Part shown: positions 21,394-33,402 of the stretch, one piece after another
Numbering within the stretch: position 1 is the stretch's first letter
How the letters are laid out: each line of letters opens with the position of its first letter
DNA from: Pirellulaceae bacterium
GTDB taxonomy: Bacteria > Planctomycetota > Planctomycetia > Pirellulales > Pirellulaceae
Length of the DNA: 64,000 nt
Assembly (NCBI GenBank): GCA_963767665.1
Contig: CAVYFC010000008.1
Coordinates: forward strand, 943,326-1,007,325
Direction of reading: 5' to 3'
Notes under the pieces: model-generated
Told to the model about the DNA's origin: nothing
Databases searched by the model: none
The model's input: the letters and a program-made list of their open reading frames with translations, nothing else
Program-made: the position numbers and the translations under genes

Positions 21394-22293
21394 ATGGCAT
21401 CGATTCTCTTGGCTGAAGACAGTCCCACACATACCGCACTCATCCGCTCCGTGTTGGAGGCGGATTCGCACCAGGTCACGAGCGTAGCGGACGGGCGTCA
21501 GGCGATCGACGCGATCAAGGCCTCCAAGCCAGATCTTGTGATCACCGACTTACGAATGCCAGAGATGAATGGCCAGGAATTGGTTCAGGAGATTGTCCGG
21601 CTAACACCATCCATTCCCTCGATCGTGGTGACCGCGAGAGGTTCGGAGAGTCTTGCCGTCGATGCGCTAGCCTTGGGTGCCGCCAACTTTGTCCCCAAGA
21701 ACTCGATCAAGACGCTGCTGAATCATGTGGTTCGACAAACGCTTCGCATGGCACAAGTGGATGCGATCTTCCATGAGTTTCCTGGGCGATTGCGCCGCCC
21801 GGAGTTCAGTTTTCGGCTGCGAAATCATATCGAAGTGATTGAGCCCTCGGTCCTATTTGTGGTTCAGGCGATGGCGGCGACCTTGCATCTGAACGCGACA
21901 CAACGGATTCGTGTTGGTACGGCTTTGGCTAGCGCGATCTTCAACGCGATTTGCTATGGCAACTTGGAGGTCAAGGATGAAGACACCTTCGTCAGTCGCC
22001 TGCTATCGGGCGATCCCACGGGAGCCCAAGACCTTCGAAAGCGAGCCAGCAAGCCGCCCTACTGCGATCGGACGGTTGACCTCAAGGTTTCCGTCGGATC
22101 GTCGGATACGCGAATCTTGGTTTCGCATAGTGGTCCGGGGCGACTCACGCGTTTGACTCCAGCGCCGGGGACTCCAGAGTCATTTGAGCTCGAGCAATGT
22201 CGAGGCCTGATGCTGATGACGAGTTTCATGGACGACATCGTTTTTCACTCGGGTCGCACCGAGGTCGTGATGGTGAAACGCCACGGTTCCTGA
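21394..22293 (+). CDS. response regulator receiver fused to RsbW-like (HATPase_c_2) domain
   Basis: ILLAEDS, ITDLRMPEMNG, FVPK receiver motifs; C-terminal NAICYGN, SHSGPG, RGLMLMTSFMDDI. Confidence 0.88.
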   Translation: MASILLAEDSPTHTALIRSVLEADSHQVTSVADGRQAIDAIKASKPDLVITDLRMPEMNGQELVQEIVRLTPSIPSIVVTARGSESLAVDALALGAANFVPKNSIKTLLNHVVRQTLRMAQVDAIFHEFPGRLRRPEFSFRLRNHIEVIEPSVLFVVQAMAATLHLNATQRIRVGTALASAIFNAICYGNLEVKDEDTFVSRLLSGDPTGAQDLRKRASKPPYCDRTVDLKVSVGSSDTRILVSHSGPGRLTRLTPAPGTPESFELEQCRGLMLMTSFMDDIVFHSGRTEVVMVKRHGS

Positions 22294-22401
22294 CCAATCC
22301 CTCTAACCCTCGCGCTCATGCGGCGAACGGCCCGCCGCGAACCGCGACTTGGGTTGCCTGCGACTCCGTTGCCAGTTGACGATGGCTTCGATCGGACTGT
22401 C

Positions 22402-23442
22402 TTAAGGCTGCTGCGGCTTGACGACGACCTTCATCTGGTTCGGATCGCCTGCATGCAGGCGTTCAAACCACTGAGGTCCATCGGCAAGGGAGATCTTGGC
22501 GGTAATCAATGGCAGGACATTGATGATTCCACGATTCATCAAGTCGATGCATTGTGGGTACTCACCATTGCAACCGCAGGTTCCTCGAAGCGTGATCTCG
22601 CGGGTAACCACCGACTGCAGCGGCAGTTCGATGGTGGGCGAGACGTTTCCGACCAGGGTCACATGACCACCTTTGCGTACCGATTCGATGGCAGTCTTGA
22701 TGGTGGCGGTTGCACCGACGACCTCCAACGAAACATCCGCACCTCTCCCTCCCGTCAGTTCACGTACCTTCGCAGGCACATCCTCTTTCTCGCCATGCAA
22801 GACATGGTCAGCACCAAGGTCTCTGGCAACTGCCAGTCGCTTCTCATTCAAATCAACTGCAATGACTTGAGAGGCGCCTGCCGCTCTCGCCGCTTGGATC
22901 GTCAGCAGTCCGATCATCCCCGCGCCGACGACGACGGCGGTATCACCGAGACGGATCGGCGTGACGTTCGCAGCATGGACGGCAACGGAAACGGCCTCCA
23001 CCAAAGCCGCTTGTTCAAACGGCAAGGTATCCGGCAATCGATAGACGATTCGTCGGGGTACGCTGATTCGCTCGGCGAAGGCGCCATGTCGACGGTAATC
23101 GCCGCAAGAGACTCCGAGCACCATGCGATTGTCACAGAGATTGGCATCGCCACTTCGGCAGAAATCACACTTGCCACAGGAGACCATCGAGTCGAAGGTG
23201 ACACGCGTTCCCTTGGGTAGGTCGGTGACATTCTCGCCGACTTCCACGACGATTCCTGCCGCTTCATGACCCATCACGAGTGGCGGAATTCGCCGTCCTG
23301 TGCTGCCGTCGTAGCCATGAATGTCGCTGCCGCAGATTCCACATGCTTCCACTTGCACCAGCACGTCGTCAGGACCAACCTCTGGTTCCTCGACGTCTGT
23401 CAATTGCATCTTCTTGTATTCGGTTAGTAGCAGCGCTTTCAT
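22402..23442 (-). CDS. Zn-dependent sugar-alcohol dehydrogenase (galactitol-1-P/sorbitol DH-like)
   Basis: CGICGSD, GHE, CGKCDFC...C structural Zn, GAGMIG Rossmann. Confidence 0.92.
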   Translation of the reverse strand: MKALLLTEYKKMQLTDVEEPEVGPDDVLVQVEACGICGSDIHGYDGSTGRRIPPLVMGHEAAGIVVEVGENVTDLPKGTRVTFDSMVSCGKCDFCRSGDANLCDNRMVLGVSCGDYRRHGAFAERISVPRRIVYRLPDTLPFEQAALVEAVSVAVHAANVTPIRLGDTAVVVGAGMIGLLTIQAARAAGASQVIAVDLNEKRLAVARDLGADHVLHGEKEDVPAKVRELTGGRGADVSLEVVGATATIKTAIESVRKGGHVTLVGNVSPTIELPLQSVVTREITLRGTCGCNGEYPQCIDLMNRGIINVLPLITAKISLADGPQWFERLHAGDPNQMKVVVKPQQP

Positions 23443-23532
23443 GTTCGGAGTGATTCCAAGGTTGATTCGGTGTCGCTATCTGGCCGCGAGGGTATATTCG
23501 CAAGCCCCGAGTTTAGCATAGGTGGATCGATT

Positions 23533-24024
23533 TTGGATGATGAGGAAACACAAACGGCTTACCACGAGGCCGGTCACGCCGTGATCGCGTATGCCTTGGG
23601 AGGTGTGGTCGAGTCGCTGCAACTGGGCGGCGAGTCCGATGATCATTTGCCCGAGCGATTCGGGGACTGTCGTATTCACTGGGGTCGTGTTGACCCACTC
23701 GGCGACTGGCAATTGCAGCGTGAAGTTCTCACCGTTCTGGCGGGTCCAGCTGCCGAAATGGTCTATCGAGGGGAAAGGTTCGCGCCCGATTCCTTCGGCC
23801 CCTGGCAGGACGACTGGACGAGGGCCTGGGAGATTGGTCATGCCTTCGCGACGGATGCGACCAAGAGGAGCCAAGTCTTGTGGCTTCTGACGCTCCGTCT
23901 GGAGCGGCTCCTTCGCAGTGATCGCCTTTGGCCGGCAGTTTCGGCCCTGGCCGACGAGTTGCTGGCTCACGAATTCCTTGATCGTGACCAAACGGAGGAC
24001 GTCTTGCAGTTCTGGATCAGGTAG
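23533..24024 (+). CDS. stand-alone FtsH/M41-like zinc metallopeptidase domain protein
   Basis: [10 protein letters not shown] (HExxH), LAGPAAE, LADELL. Confidence 0.8.
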   Translation: MDDEETQTAYHEAGHAVIAYALGGVVESLQLGGESDDHLPERFGDCRIHWGRVDPLGDWQLQREVLTVLAGPAAEMVYRGERFAPDSFGPWQDDWTRAWEIGHAFATDATKRSQVLWLLTLRLERLLRSDRLWPAVSALADELLAHEFLDRDQTEDVLQFWIR

Positions 24025-24139
24025 TCAATTTGCTGAAACGAGGGATGTCGGTGACGCCGAATTGGTTGACGCGTGGTTTGTCAGTCGACTACAACAAGCT
24101 TGGCTTTCGGTTTCGCTAACCTTCTTAGGCAAACACTCG

Positions 24140-25094
24140 ATGGGTTGTCGGCCTGGCGTACGATCGGCGTTCACACTGGTTGAATTACTTGTGGTCATCG
24201 CGATCATAGCCATCATGGTCGGCTTGCTGATGCCCGCAGTTCAGGCGGCCCGAGAAGCCGCGAGGCAAACGCGATGTCGTAACAACATTCGACAAATCGC
24301 TCTGGCATGCCACAACTACGAATCGATCTACAAAGAGTTGCCAGGATATGCAGGGGAACGAGCTCCCTTGCTTGTCGCGCAGGAGCTGCCTCGAAGTCGC
24401 GATCTTCTTTACTCCGGCGGCCCTTGGCCAGTTCAGGCTCTTGCATTCATGGAGCAGGGAACACTTGCGGCTGGCCTCTCGAGGCTCGCTGAGAATCGGT
24501 CACTCACACCGACGCCACGGATCGAGACGTTGGTACGGGCACCAGTCGATACCTTCCACTGTCCAACACGCCGCGACGCCGATTCCTATCCATTGGTGGA
24601 GCCCTTTGTTTCTCGCTATGGCGATCGCGGGGCGAGAACGGATTATGCCATGAATGGTGGGCCGGCTTACGTTTCGGAGATCGATGATCGCATCATTCAT
24701 ACGATGAGTGACGGAATCTGGATACTTGGAAAGCGAGTCAAGATGAATCGTGTCTTTGACGGTCTTAGCTACACCTATCTACTAGGCGAGAAGGCCATGG
24801 ATTCGCTGAAGTACCAGACGGGTGATTGTTTTGGAGATCGTGCGCCTCTGGCCGGATACCATGATTCGGGTGTTTCGTCCCATTCGTATGTGCGATACGC
24901 ATCGCGCAGTTCCCAAGATTGACTCCATCAATAACTGTCTGGTCTGTCATGATTTCGGTAGTGCGCATCCCGCCGGATGGAATGTAGCCATGGCAGATGG
25001 CTCCGTTCGATTGATGAATTTTGACCTCGACATGGTGGTCCATCGAGCCAATGCATCGGTCGACGGAGGAGAGGTTCCTGAGTACCGTCATTGA
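24140..25094 (+). CDS. DUF1559 (SBP_bac_10) prepilin-like protein with H-X9-DG C-terminus; frameshift near 24910
   Basis: [37 protein letters not shown]; FHCPTRR; [12 protein letters not shown]; [18 protein letters not shown] in the next frame. Confidence 0.92.
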
Positions 25095-25210
25095 GCGTCC
25101 CGCAGGGCTGCTCTTTGGCTCGTCATCACGCGGTCGGTGGGAGACGTTGCTTTCTTCGCTTCCCGTCACCCTGCGGCTGCCGATCGGGGCGTTCTTCTTG
25201 ATGCAGATGG

Positions 25211-25349
25211 CTAGAGCGTTTTCATTTTTCATGTGCGTTGCTGGAAAAGGGGTCAGGCCCCAATAGTGCGAAGCACCCTTCGGGCCGCTTGTGGCTATTG
25301 GGGCCTGACCCCTTTTCCAGCTGGCTACGTTAGAGTTGAAAATGCTCTA
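25211..25349. mobile_element. MITE-like element, family B copy 2 (right end supplies spoVR TAG)
   Basis: Same TIRs and 27-bp internal stem as 19014-19153; central 28-nt loop is reverse-complemented. Confidence 0.85.
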
Positions 25350-26890
25350 TGGCATGGCAATCACGTCGTACTCACAGAGCATCTTGCCGGTTTGTGAGTC
25401 GACTTCGATCAGGCGGACGCGATAGCCCCACAGATTTGCGACGTGCCGGAGTGTGCGGTTGCAGTCGTCCTTGTCCAGTAGTCTGCCTTCACGAACACGA
25501 TGCGTCAGCACCAGTCGCCGGTTTCCTTTCAAATCTGCCTCGGTGACTTCAATCTCGGGCTCCCGCTTGGAAAGGTCATGAAGGTCAGCCAATCGACGAC
25601 GAATCTCACGATAGCCAGCTTCGTCGTGGATCGCATCCACTGTCATGTAAGGTCGATCGGCTGTATCGCCGACGGCAAACAGACGCATCTCTCGGATCAG
25701 CCTTGGACTCAAGAATTGAAGCACAAAACTCTCGTCTCGGTATTCGGACCAGGCATCGCGCAAGGTCGCCAAGGCCTCACCATTGCCGGCAAACTCGGGA
25801 AACCACTGCAAGTCCTCTTCGTCCGGTTGATCACAGATGCGTTGGATATCCCGCATCATCGCGAAGCCCAGGGCATATGGGTTGATGCCAGAGAATCGAC
25901 GAGAGTTGAATTGAGGTTGAGCGACGACGCTGGAGTGCATGTGCAAGAACTCCAACATCGCGCCTTCATCAATCCGGCCGGCCTGGTACAACCGATTCAT
26001 GATCTCGTAATGGACAAAGGTCGCACATCCTTCATTCATCAGCTTCGTTTGGCGTTGAGGATAGAAGTATTGTGCCATGCGACGCACGATCTCTAGCACT
26101 TCCCGTTGCCAGTCCTTGAGCTTGGGTGCATGGAGTGCCAGGAAACCCAGCAGGTTCTCCTCGGGAAGATATGCGGACTGAGTTGGTTCAGCCGACTCAG
26201 ACTGGTCTGGCGAAGCCAGGTTCTGCGAATCCTTGTTGGGTGCTGGTAGCGTTCGCCATAGATCGTTGTACGTCGATTCCTGATAAGCGACGCGGGCCTT
26301 GGCGCTGATCCGCATGATCCGAAGAACGAATCGGATGATGAGGCAGGTAGCGATTTACCCCATGCGACATCAGGGCATGCGCAGAATCCAGTACGCTCTC
26401 GACTGCAGGCACGCCATGACGCTGCTCGCACTCGGCGATGAACCGTTTGGCATAGGAGAGTTGATCCAAAACGCGATCGGCTCTCGTCCACTGGCGGAAC
26501 AGATGGTTGTTCTTGAAGAAGTGGTTATGGCCGAAGGCTGCATGAGCGATGACGAGCGCCTGCATTGTCATCGTGTTCTCCTCCATCACGTACGAAACGC
26601 AAGGATCCGAATTGATGACCAACTCATAAGCCAAAGACTCGCACCTTTGCGATACAGCAGTTCTTCGCGAGCGAACTGTTTTCCGAATGACCAGTGCGAG
26701 TACATCAGCGGCATGCCGGTGGCCGCATAAGCGTCCAGCATCTGCTCGCTGGTGATGACTTCAATCTGATTCCGATAGGGATTGAGCCCCAGTCCGTCCA
26801 GATGCAACCTGCTCGATAGCCTCGTACGCTCTGACGGAGGCGATCGAAATTCCACTCGGAGCCGCTGTAGAGTAATTGACTGTTGCCCAT
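25347..26890 (-). CDS. spoVR: SpoVR/YcgB family protein (several frameshifts)
   Basis: SEWNF, GMPLMYSHWSFGK, LAYELVINSDPC, HAAFGHNHFFKNN, QYFYPQRQTKLMNEGCATF, NPYALGF across successive frames. Confidence 0.9.
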
Positions 26891-26899
26891 GTTGACCCA

Positions 26900-28195
26900 C
26901 CACCAAGCCACCAGACGCTAGCGAGCACGCGTGCTGGCGAAAAGCTTGTGAAACACTGGATAGATGTCTGCCGGGTCGCTCACGCTCGCCCGAGCAAAGT
27001 GGTCGTAGCTGGCAAGCAGAGACGTATAGCCTGCCCACAAGAATGCTTTCGGATTCGACGTGTCTCGTCCATGACCTCGATGTAGGCATAGTACTGACAT
27101 CGGGGAAGAATTTCGTTCTCAAGTAGCTCGACGGTGCGTTTCATATCGTGATCGAAGTTGTGCCCATCAGACGCTTGTGCAGCGTAGATGTTCCAATCGT
27201 TCTACCGGGTATCGTTGCTGGATGATTTTGCTCATTTCCTCCAGTGCCGAGGAAACGATCGTGCCTCCCGTCTCTCGCCCGTGAAAGAATGTCTCCTCGT
27301 CAACTTCCGATGCGGTGTAGGTGTGACGAATGAAAACGATCTCGACCGATCGATAGTGGCGTGTCAAGGAACAGATGCAGCAGCATGTAGAATCGCTTGG
27401 CCAGGTCTTTGAGTGATTCGGTCATCGATGCGGACGTGTCCATCAAGCAGAACATGACCGCTTGGGTCGTTGCTTTGGGTCTCGGCTCAAAGCGGTTGTA
27501 GCGAAGGTCGACTTTGTCGAGAAAGGTGATCGCCCGCATCCGAGTTCGGATTTGTTCGACCAGCAGACGAAGTCGCGCGACTTGCTCGGCGTCTCCCTCC
27601 TGCTCGGCCTGTTCAAGTTCCTGCTTCGGCCATGCAAGCAGGCATCGTAGCCTGGACGCCCGAGAGCAATTCTTCGGGACAGGCTCCGGCGCATGGTTTC
27701 CCGTTTGTTCAGGCGACTTGGCGACCCATCGCTTGGCATAACCGGCCCGAGACCTGGACGAGAAGCGATCGTCTTGAGCTTTCGCTTCGCTAGGTTGGGA
27801 AGTTCCAAGATCCTCGAAGAAGAGATCCAGGAACTCTTCGCGTGAGAGTTTGAAGACAAAGGGATCCTCACCATCCCCGTCGGGATCTCCCGACTGCGCC
27901 GCCTCCTCCCTCGCCGCCACGCGGCTTGCGAATGCGATCGCCGCGTTGATAACCTTGATTCCCTGGCAGGACAAAATCCCGCTTGCCTGTGGCCGAGTCG
28001 AGATGAAAGGAGGGTTCGCTGCAGGTCGCTTGAGCGGATCGACACCTGTTCGCTGCTCGCCAAGATCGGAAACCTTGCGATGCCGAATGGCCTCGCGAAC
28101 CGCTTCACGAATGTGAGAGCGAACACGACGCATGAACCGTTGGCGGTTTCCAAGGCTCTTCGATTTCGGATTCTCACGCCGTCGATCACATGCAT
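26900..28195 (-). CDS. yeaH: YeaH/YhbH (DUF444, vWA-like) family protein (several frameshifts; end approximate)
   Basis: [60 protein letters not shown]. Confidence 0.88.
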
Positions 28196-28208
28196 GGCAC
28201 TGACCTCC

Positions 28209-30158
28209 CTATCCAGATTTGCTGATCCGCATGTACCAGTCCACGAGGCGTCGTACTTGGCGCCGAGTGTATCCGCGCTGGTCATCCGTTCGACGAACTC
28301 GTTGTGCTTTTGCTCGGCTTCGTTGTCCTTCTTGGCACCAAAGCTGATCACCGGCAAGCAGTTCTTCAATCTGGGTGAACATTCGACGCTCGATCACATC
28401 TCGAATCTTCTCATAAGATGTCCACTCAGGATTGCGCCCATTGTTCTTGGCACGTGCCCGCAGCGCAAATTTCACCACCTCGTAGCGAAAGTCTTTCGCG
28501 TTGGCGATTCCGGCGGGATGTTCAATCTTCTCGAGTTCCTCATTCAAGATTTCCCGATCCATCAATTGTCCGGTATCGGGATCCTTGTAGTCCTGGTCAT
28601 CGATCCAGGCATCGGCATAAGCGATGTAACGATCGAACAAGTTCTGTCCATAACTGTGGTAGGACTCAAGATAGGCTTTGCGAATCTCGTTGCCGATGAA
28701 CTCGGCGTACCGCGTTGCCAGTTCTTCCTTGACAAACTCCAGATATCGTCGCTCCGTTTCTTCGGGAAGCTGCTCGCGCCGAATCGCCTTTTCCAAGACG
28801 TACATCAGATGAACAGGATCGGCCGCAACTTCATCGGTATCGAAGTTGAAGGTTTCGGAGAGAATTTTGTAGGCGAAACGTGTCGAAACGCCCTCCATGC
28901 CTTCGGTCACCCCCGCCGCGTCGCGATACTCCTGCACGGTCTTTGCGTTGGGATCGGTGTCCTTGAGCGACTCGCCGTCGTAGACACGCATTTTGGAGTA
29001 GAGATTTGAATTCTCGTGCTCTTTCAGACGCGTCAGCACCGAGAATCGCGCCATCATGTCAAGGTGTCGGGGGCGCAAGGGGCTGATCCGAGTTTGGAGT
29101 TCTCGATCAACTTGTCATAGATCATTCGCTCTTCGGTGACGCGCAGGCAGTAGGGAACCTTGACCACGCAGATCCGATCGAGAAACGCCTCATTGTTTCG
29201 GTTCGCCTTGAAGGATTCCCATTCCGACTCGTTGCTGTGCGCAACGATGATCCCTTGGTAGGGCATCGCTCCGACGTTCTCGGTGCCGACGTAGGTGCCG
29301 TCCTGGGTGGCGGTCAACAACGGATGAAGCATCTTCAGCGGAGCTTTGAACATCTCGACAAACTCGAGCAAGCCCTGCGTCGTCCGGTTCAGCCCGCCGG
29401 TGTAGGAATAAGCATCGGCATCATCTTGCGAGAAGTGCTCAAGTTTGCGGATGTCGACGCGACCAACAAGCGAAGAGATGTCTTGGTTGTTTTCATCGCC
29501 CGGTTCGGTCTTGGCGACCAGGCAGCGTCTTTGTTCCGAAGGCATCAATCGAACGACCGAGAACTTTGAGATGTCACCGCCGAACTCGTCCAGTCGCTTC
29601 AGCGCCCATGGCGACATGTATCCGGTCAGGCGACGTCGGGGAATGCCGTAGTCGTCTTCCAGGACCGTTCCCATCGATCTCTGGATCGAACAGTCCCAAC
29701 GGACTCTCGAACACGGGGCTGATTTCGTCCCCCGCACACAAGACATAGACGGGTCGCGTCTGCATCAGCTTCTTCAGCGTGTCGGCAAGCGAACTCTTGC
29801 CGCCACCACCGGTCCCAGCAGATAGAGAATCTGCTTTCGCTCCTCCAGTCCCTGGGCGGCATGGCGAAAGAAGCCAACGATTCGCTCGATCGCATTCTTC
29901 CAACCCATAGAACTCATTGAAAGGCTCCGATAGGTCTTGATGGTGCGATTCATGAAGATCCGACCCAGTCGCGGATCACTCGCAGTGTCGACATGAATTG
30001 GTTCGCCGATCGCTTCGACCATCCGTTCCGCCGCACTGGCGTAAAGCGATGGATCGTCGACTGGCCGTCTCCAGGTATTCCTTGAGCGAGAACGTTTGAC
30101 GTTTCTCTCGCTCATAAGCTTCGGAATACAGACGCAGGATGTCAGATGATTTGGACAT
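28209..30158 (-). CDS. prkA: PrkA/YeaG family AAA+/serine kinase (several frameshifts)
   Basis: AAQGLEERKQILYLLGPV, GGGKSS Walker A, KTEPGDENNQDISSLVG, EFVEMFKAP, AHSNESEW, VPYCLR. Confidence 0.92.
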
Positions 30159-30606
30159 GATGATGTGAGGCCCCCCTCAAGTCAGGGAGACGAGACGCGA
30201 CAAGATCAGGGAGATCGACCGATCCAACGCAATGGTCGACTCGAGTGATTCGCGAGGCGATCCCACGCACGGGCTAGGGTGGATGTCCAGATGGCATCAC
30301 CGAGTGCGAGGAGAGACTGACGTCGCCTTGACCTCATTATAGAGAGCATCACTGGAAAGGCCATCGAATTTCTCGGGGGGCATGATGCAGGCACGCGACC
30401 GCAAGTCCATTGATGACAATGATTTGCAGGAGGCCGAGGCGACAGGATTTGATAGGGGCCGGCACACTCTGCGTGCTCAAACCGCAACGAATCGGGTGGC
30501 TTTTGACGTGGCCTCGCAAGCCCGACAAGTATTTCGGTATCCGTCTGACTTCCAATGGACACCTGACTGGCGGACGCACACTCTTGTCGACTTCGCCGAG
30601 TATCCC

Positions 30607-30796
30607 AACCCGAAGCGTGCGCGGGCAAATTTGGTGCAACCTGTTTCCTCGCTGATGCTCTTTGAAGTTGCGATTTTTTCATAACCCGACGCGTCAGCGA
30701 GGAAAATCGAGATTGACATCGACTCGCTGACGCGTCGGATAATGAAAATCCTCGTGCGGCAGCAAAAACGCAACTTGAAAACTAACGCTTCGGGTT
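30607..30796. repeat. nested triple inverted repeat (REP inside MITE-like element inside REP)
   Basis: Outer AACCCGAAGCGT/ACGCTTCGGGTT; middle AAGTTGCG/CGCAACTT; inner CCGACGCGTCAGCGAG (30686)/CTCGCTGACGCGTCGG (30723). Confidence 0.8.
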
Positions 30797-30908
30797 ACGA
30801 TTGGCCGCCAAAGTGGCGATGTCCAGCTCATTCATTTGTACCGCGTGGTCGCTATCTTGATCGCAGGGAGTTCCGACGCGGCCAGTCACGCATGCTTGGA
30901 ACGCTAGC

Positions 30909-31873
30909 TTACGAACTGCGATCACCCCATCGCATGCGGACGGCATCGAGCAGGACGGCGATCACGATGACCCCGCCCGTGATGATCTGCTTCATCGGGT
31001 CGGTCATTCCAATCTGAGCCAGTCCGGTCTGCAGCACCGCAATGATCAGCACTCCGAGAAACGAGCTGATCACGTTTCCGCGTCCCCCCATCAAGACTCG
31101 TTCCCCCGATCACGCATGCGGCAATCGCCGACAACTCGATTCCAATTGCGGCGTTCGGATCGGCCGTGGAAAGTTTCGACGTGTAGGTCAGGCCGGCCAG
31201 CCGCAGAGCGTTCCGCAAAGAACAAACACCGCGATCGAGTAGGGTGCCGATCGGATTCCCGACATTCGAACTGCTTCCGCATTGGTTCCAATCGCGATGC
31301 AGTAGCGACCGAATACCGTTCTGGACAGCAGAAACTGTCCCCCAGCAACCGCGATCAACGCGATCAGGAAGGCCGGCGAGAGCAAGATTCCCGCGATTGG
31401 TTCGCTGATCACCTCGACTGCGGAGCCAATGTACTTGGTTTGCGATTGAGTCACCACTTTGGTCGCACCCCGCGCGATCTCGAGCATGCCGAGCGTGACG
31501 ATGAATGACGGGATCTTTGCAAGCACCGAGACGCAGCCATTGAACAAGCCGCAGGCGGCTCCCGTCAGCACACAGAAAGGAATCGATGCCCAAAGCGACC
31601 AACCGCGGTCCGCCATCAGTGCACCCAGCACTGCCGACGACAAGGCGAGCATGGAACCGACCGACAAGTCGATGCCACCGACGACCAAAACAAGCGTCAT
31701 GCCGACAGCGATCAAGGTCAGATCGGGGATCTGGTTTGCGATCGAAACAAACGTCGCCGGCTTCAGGAAGTTCTCGCTCGAGAATCCAAAGATCAGGATC
31801 AGCAGCATCAGCACAGCCGATCAGTCCGGCGTATTGCAGAAGCGAATGGACGGAACGGTCGCGACTTCTTCAT
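30909..31873 (-). CDS. rbsC: ribose-type ABC transporter permease (frameshifted)
   Basis: GMTLVLVVGGIDLSVGS, IPSFIVTLG, FGRYCIAIGTNAEAVRMSGI, ELSAIAACVIGGTS. Confidence 0.88.
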
Positions 31874-31874
31874 C

Positions 31875-33402
31875 CTGATGTTACCGATGTGTTCCGAAAA
31901 GGCGGCCTGAGTGATTCGATCCACCGACCAGTCTCCACGTGTGAAAAGTTGCGACCAGCTTTCCGGCCGACATCACTGCGATTCGGTCGCATGTCTCCAG
32001 CAGCTCATCCAAATCACTGCTGACGATCACAATCGCCTTCCCCTCGGCTGCCAGCGATTCGATCAGTCGATAGATTCTGCGTCTGGCGGCCACATCGATT
32101 CCCCGTGTTGGTTCGTCAAACAAGAAGACATCGGCTTCTCGCAGCAACCATTTGGCGATCGCGACTTTCTGTTGGTTGCCCCCGCTCAGTGTCTGGATTG
32201 CTTGTTCAATGTCGGGGCAGCGAACCTCCAAATCCTGGCGATGATCTCGGAGACCTTTTCGTGCTCCGCAGTGCGCTGGACCAATCCATGGCGGGAGAAT
32301 CGACGGCGACAGCGATGGCGATCGAAGTGTTGCTCGCGAATCGAAAGTGGGAGGCAATAGTCCGTTGCTCTTGCGATCCTCGGTGACCATCGCCAGACCA
32401 GCGTCGACTGCTTCGTGGGGATGACGGAATCGCCGTGGTCGGACCGCTCGTGACCCAGCCGTAACGTTGCCTGATTCCGCCCGGTCGGCGCCAAAAATCA
32501 GCCGTAGCAGTTCGGTTCGTCCTGCACCGACCAGGCCCGCGATGCCCAGTCGCTCGCCATCGTGGACCTGGAAAGACACGTCTCGCACAACCTTCCTCGC
32601 GAAAAATTCTCGGCGCGGAGTGCCACTCGATCGGTCCGAAAGGATCGAAACATTCGCCAGCGTCACTGAATGTTGATTCTCCGGTCATCATGCCGACCAT
32701 TTCACTCGGTCGATACCGCTCGGTGGCTTCGCAAGTGCAGACATGCCGGCCATCGCGCAGCACGGTGACGCGATTGGCAATCTGGCGACCTCGTCCAAAC
32801 GGTGAGAAATGTAGATGATGCCGATTCCTTGGTCACGCAAACGATCAAGCCATCCGAACAAGTTCTCCGCCTCACCCGCACTCAACGCACTGGTTGGTTC
32901 ATCCAGGATCAAGACGCGGCAATCGCGATCAAGTGCCGTGGCGATTTCAATGAGCTGTTGATGTCCGATCCCAAGTGACCCGGTGGGAGTGTCGGGATCG
33001 ATGTCACTCAAGCCAACGCGATCGAGCGCGACGCTTCGCACTTGCTCATGAAGCTGTTGCCGGCGAATCACGCCGAGCTCTGTGAGGCATGCACGAGAGC
33101 AACACGTTCTCTGCGACCGATAGGGTTGGAATCAAGCATAGTTCTTGCTGGACGATTTGGATCCCTTGTCGCTCGGCCTCCTGTTTTCCGGAGGGCGAGT
33201 AGGATTCCCCGTCAAGTCGCATCGATCCCGATGTGGGGGTGATCAGCCCGGCAATGATCCGACAGAGGGTGCTCTTGCCCGCGCCGTTGGATCCGAGCAA
33301 CGCATGGATTTCGCCGCGGCGCAGATCAAAATGAACATGGTCCAGTACATTGACCGCATAACATTTGGTCAGATCCTGAATCGACAGCAAGGGGTTCGGC
33401 AT
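31875..33402 (-). CDS. rbsA: ribose-type ABC transporter ATP-binding protein (frameshifted)
   Basis: GEIHALLGSNGAGKSTL, LILDEPTSAL, ISHRLDE, GLVGAGRTEL, LSGGNQQKV, FDEPTRGID, SSDLDEL. Confidence 0.9.

Noticed and set aside
25347-30158. prkA-yeaH-spoVR as a novel system
   Set aside because: Well-known conserved triad (YeaG-YeaH-YcgB); not new, although its function is incompletely understood.
30206-30773. Short ORFs between prkA and rbsC
   Set aside because: They overlap the nested repeats and the likely prkA promoter region (TATAAT on minus strand at 30336-30341); no protein motifs.
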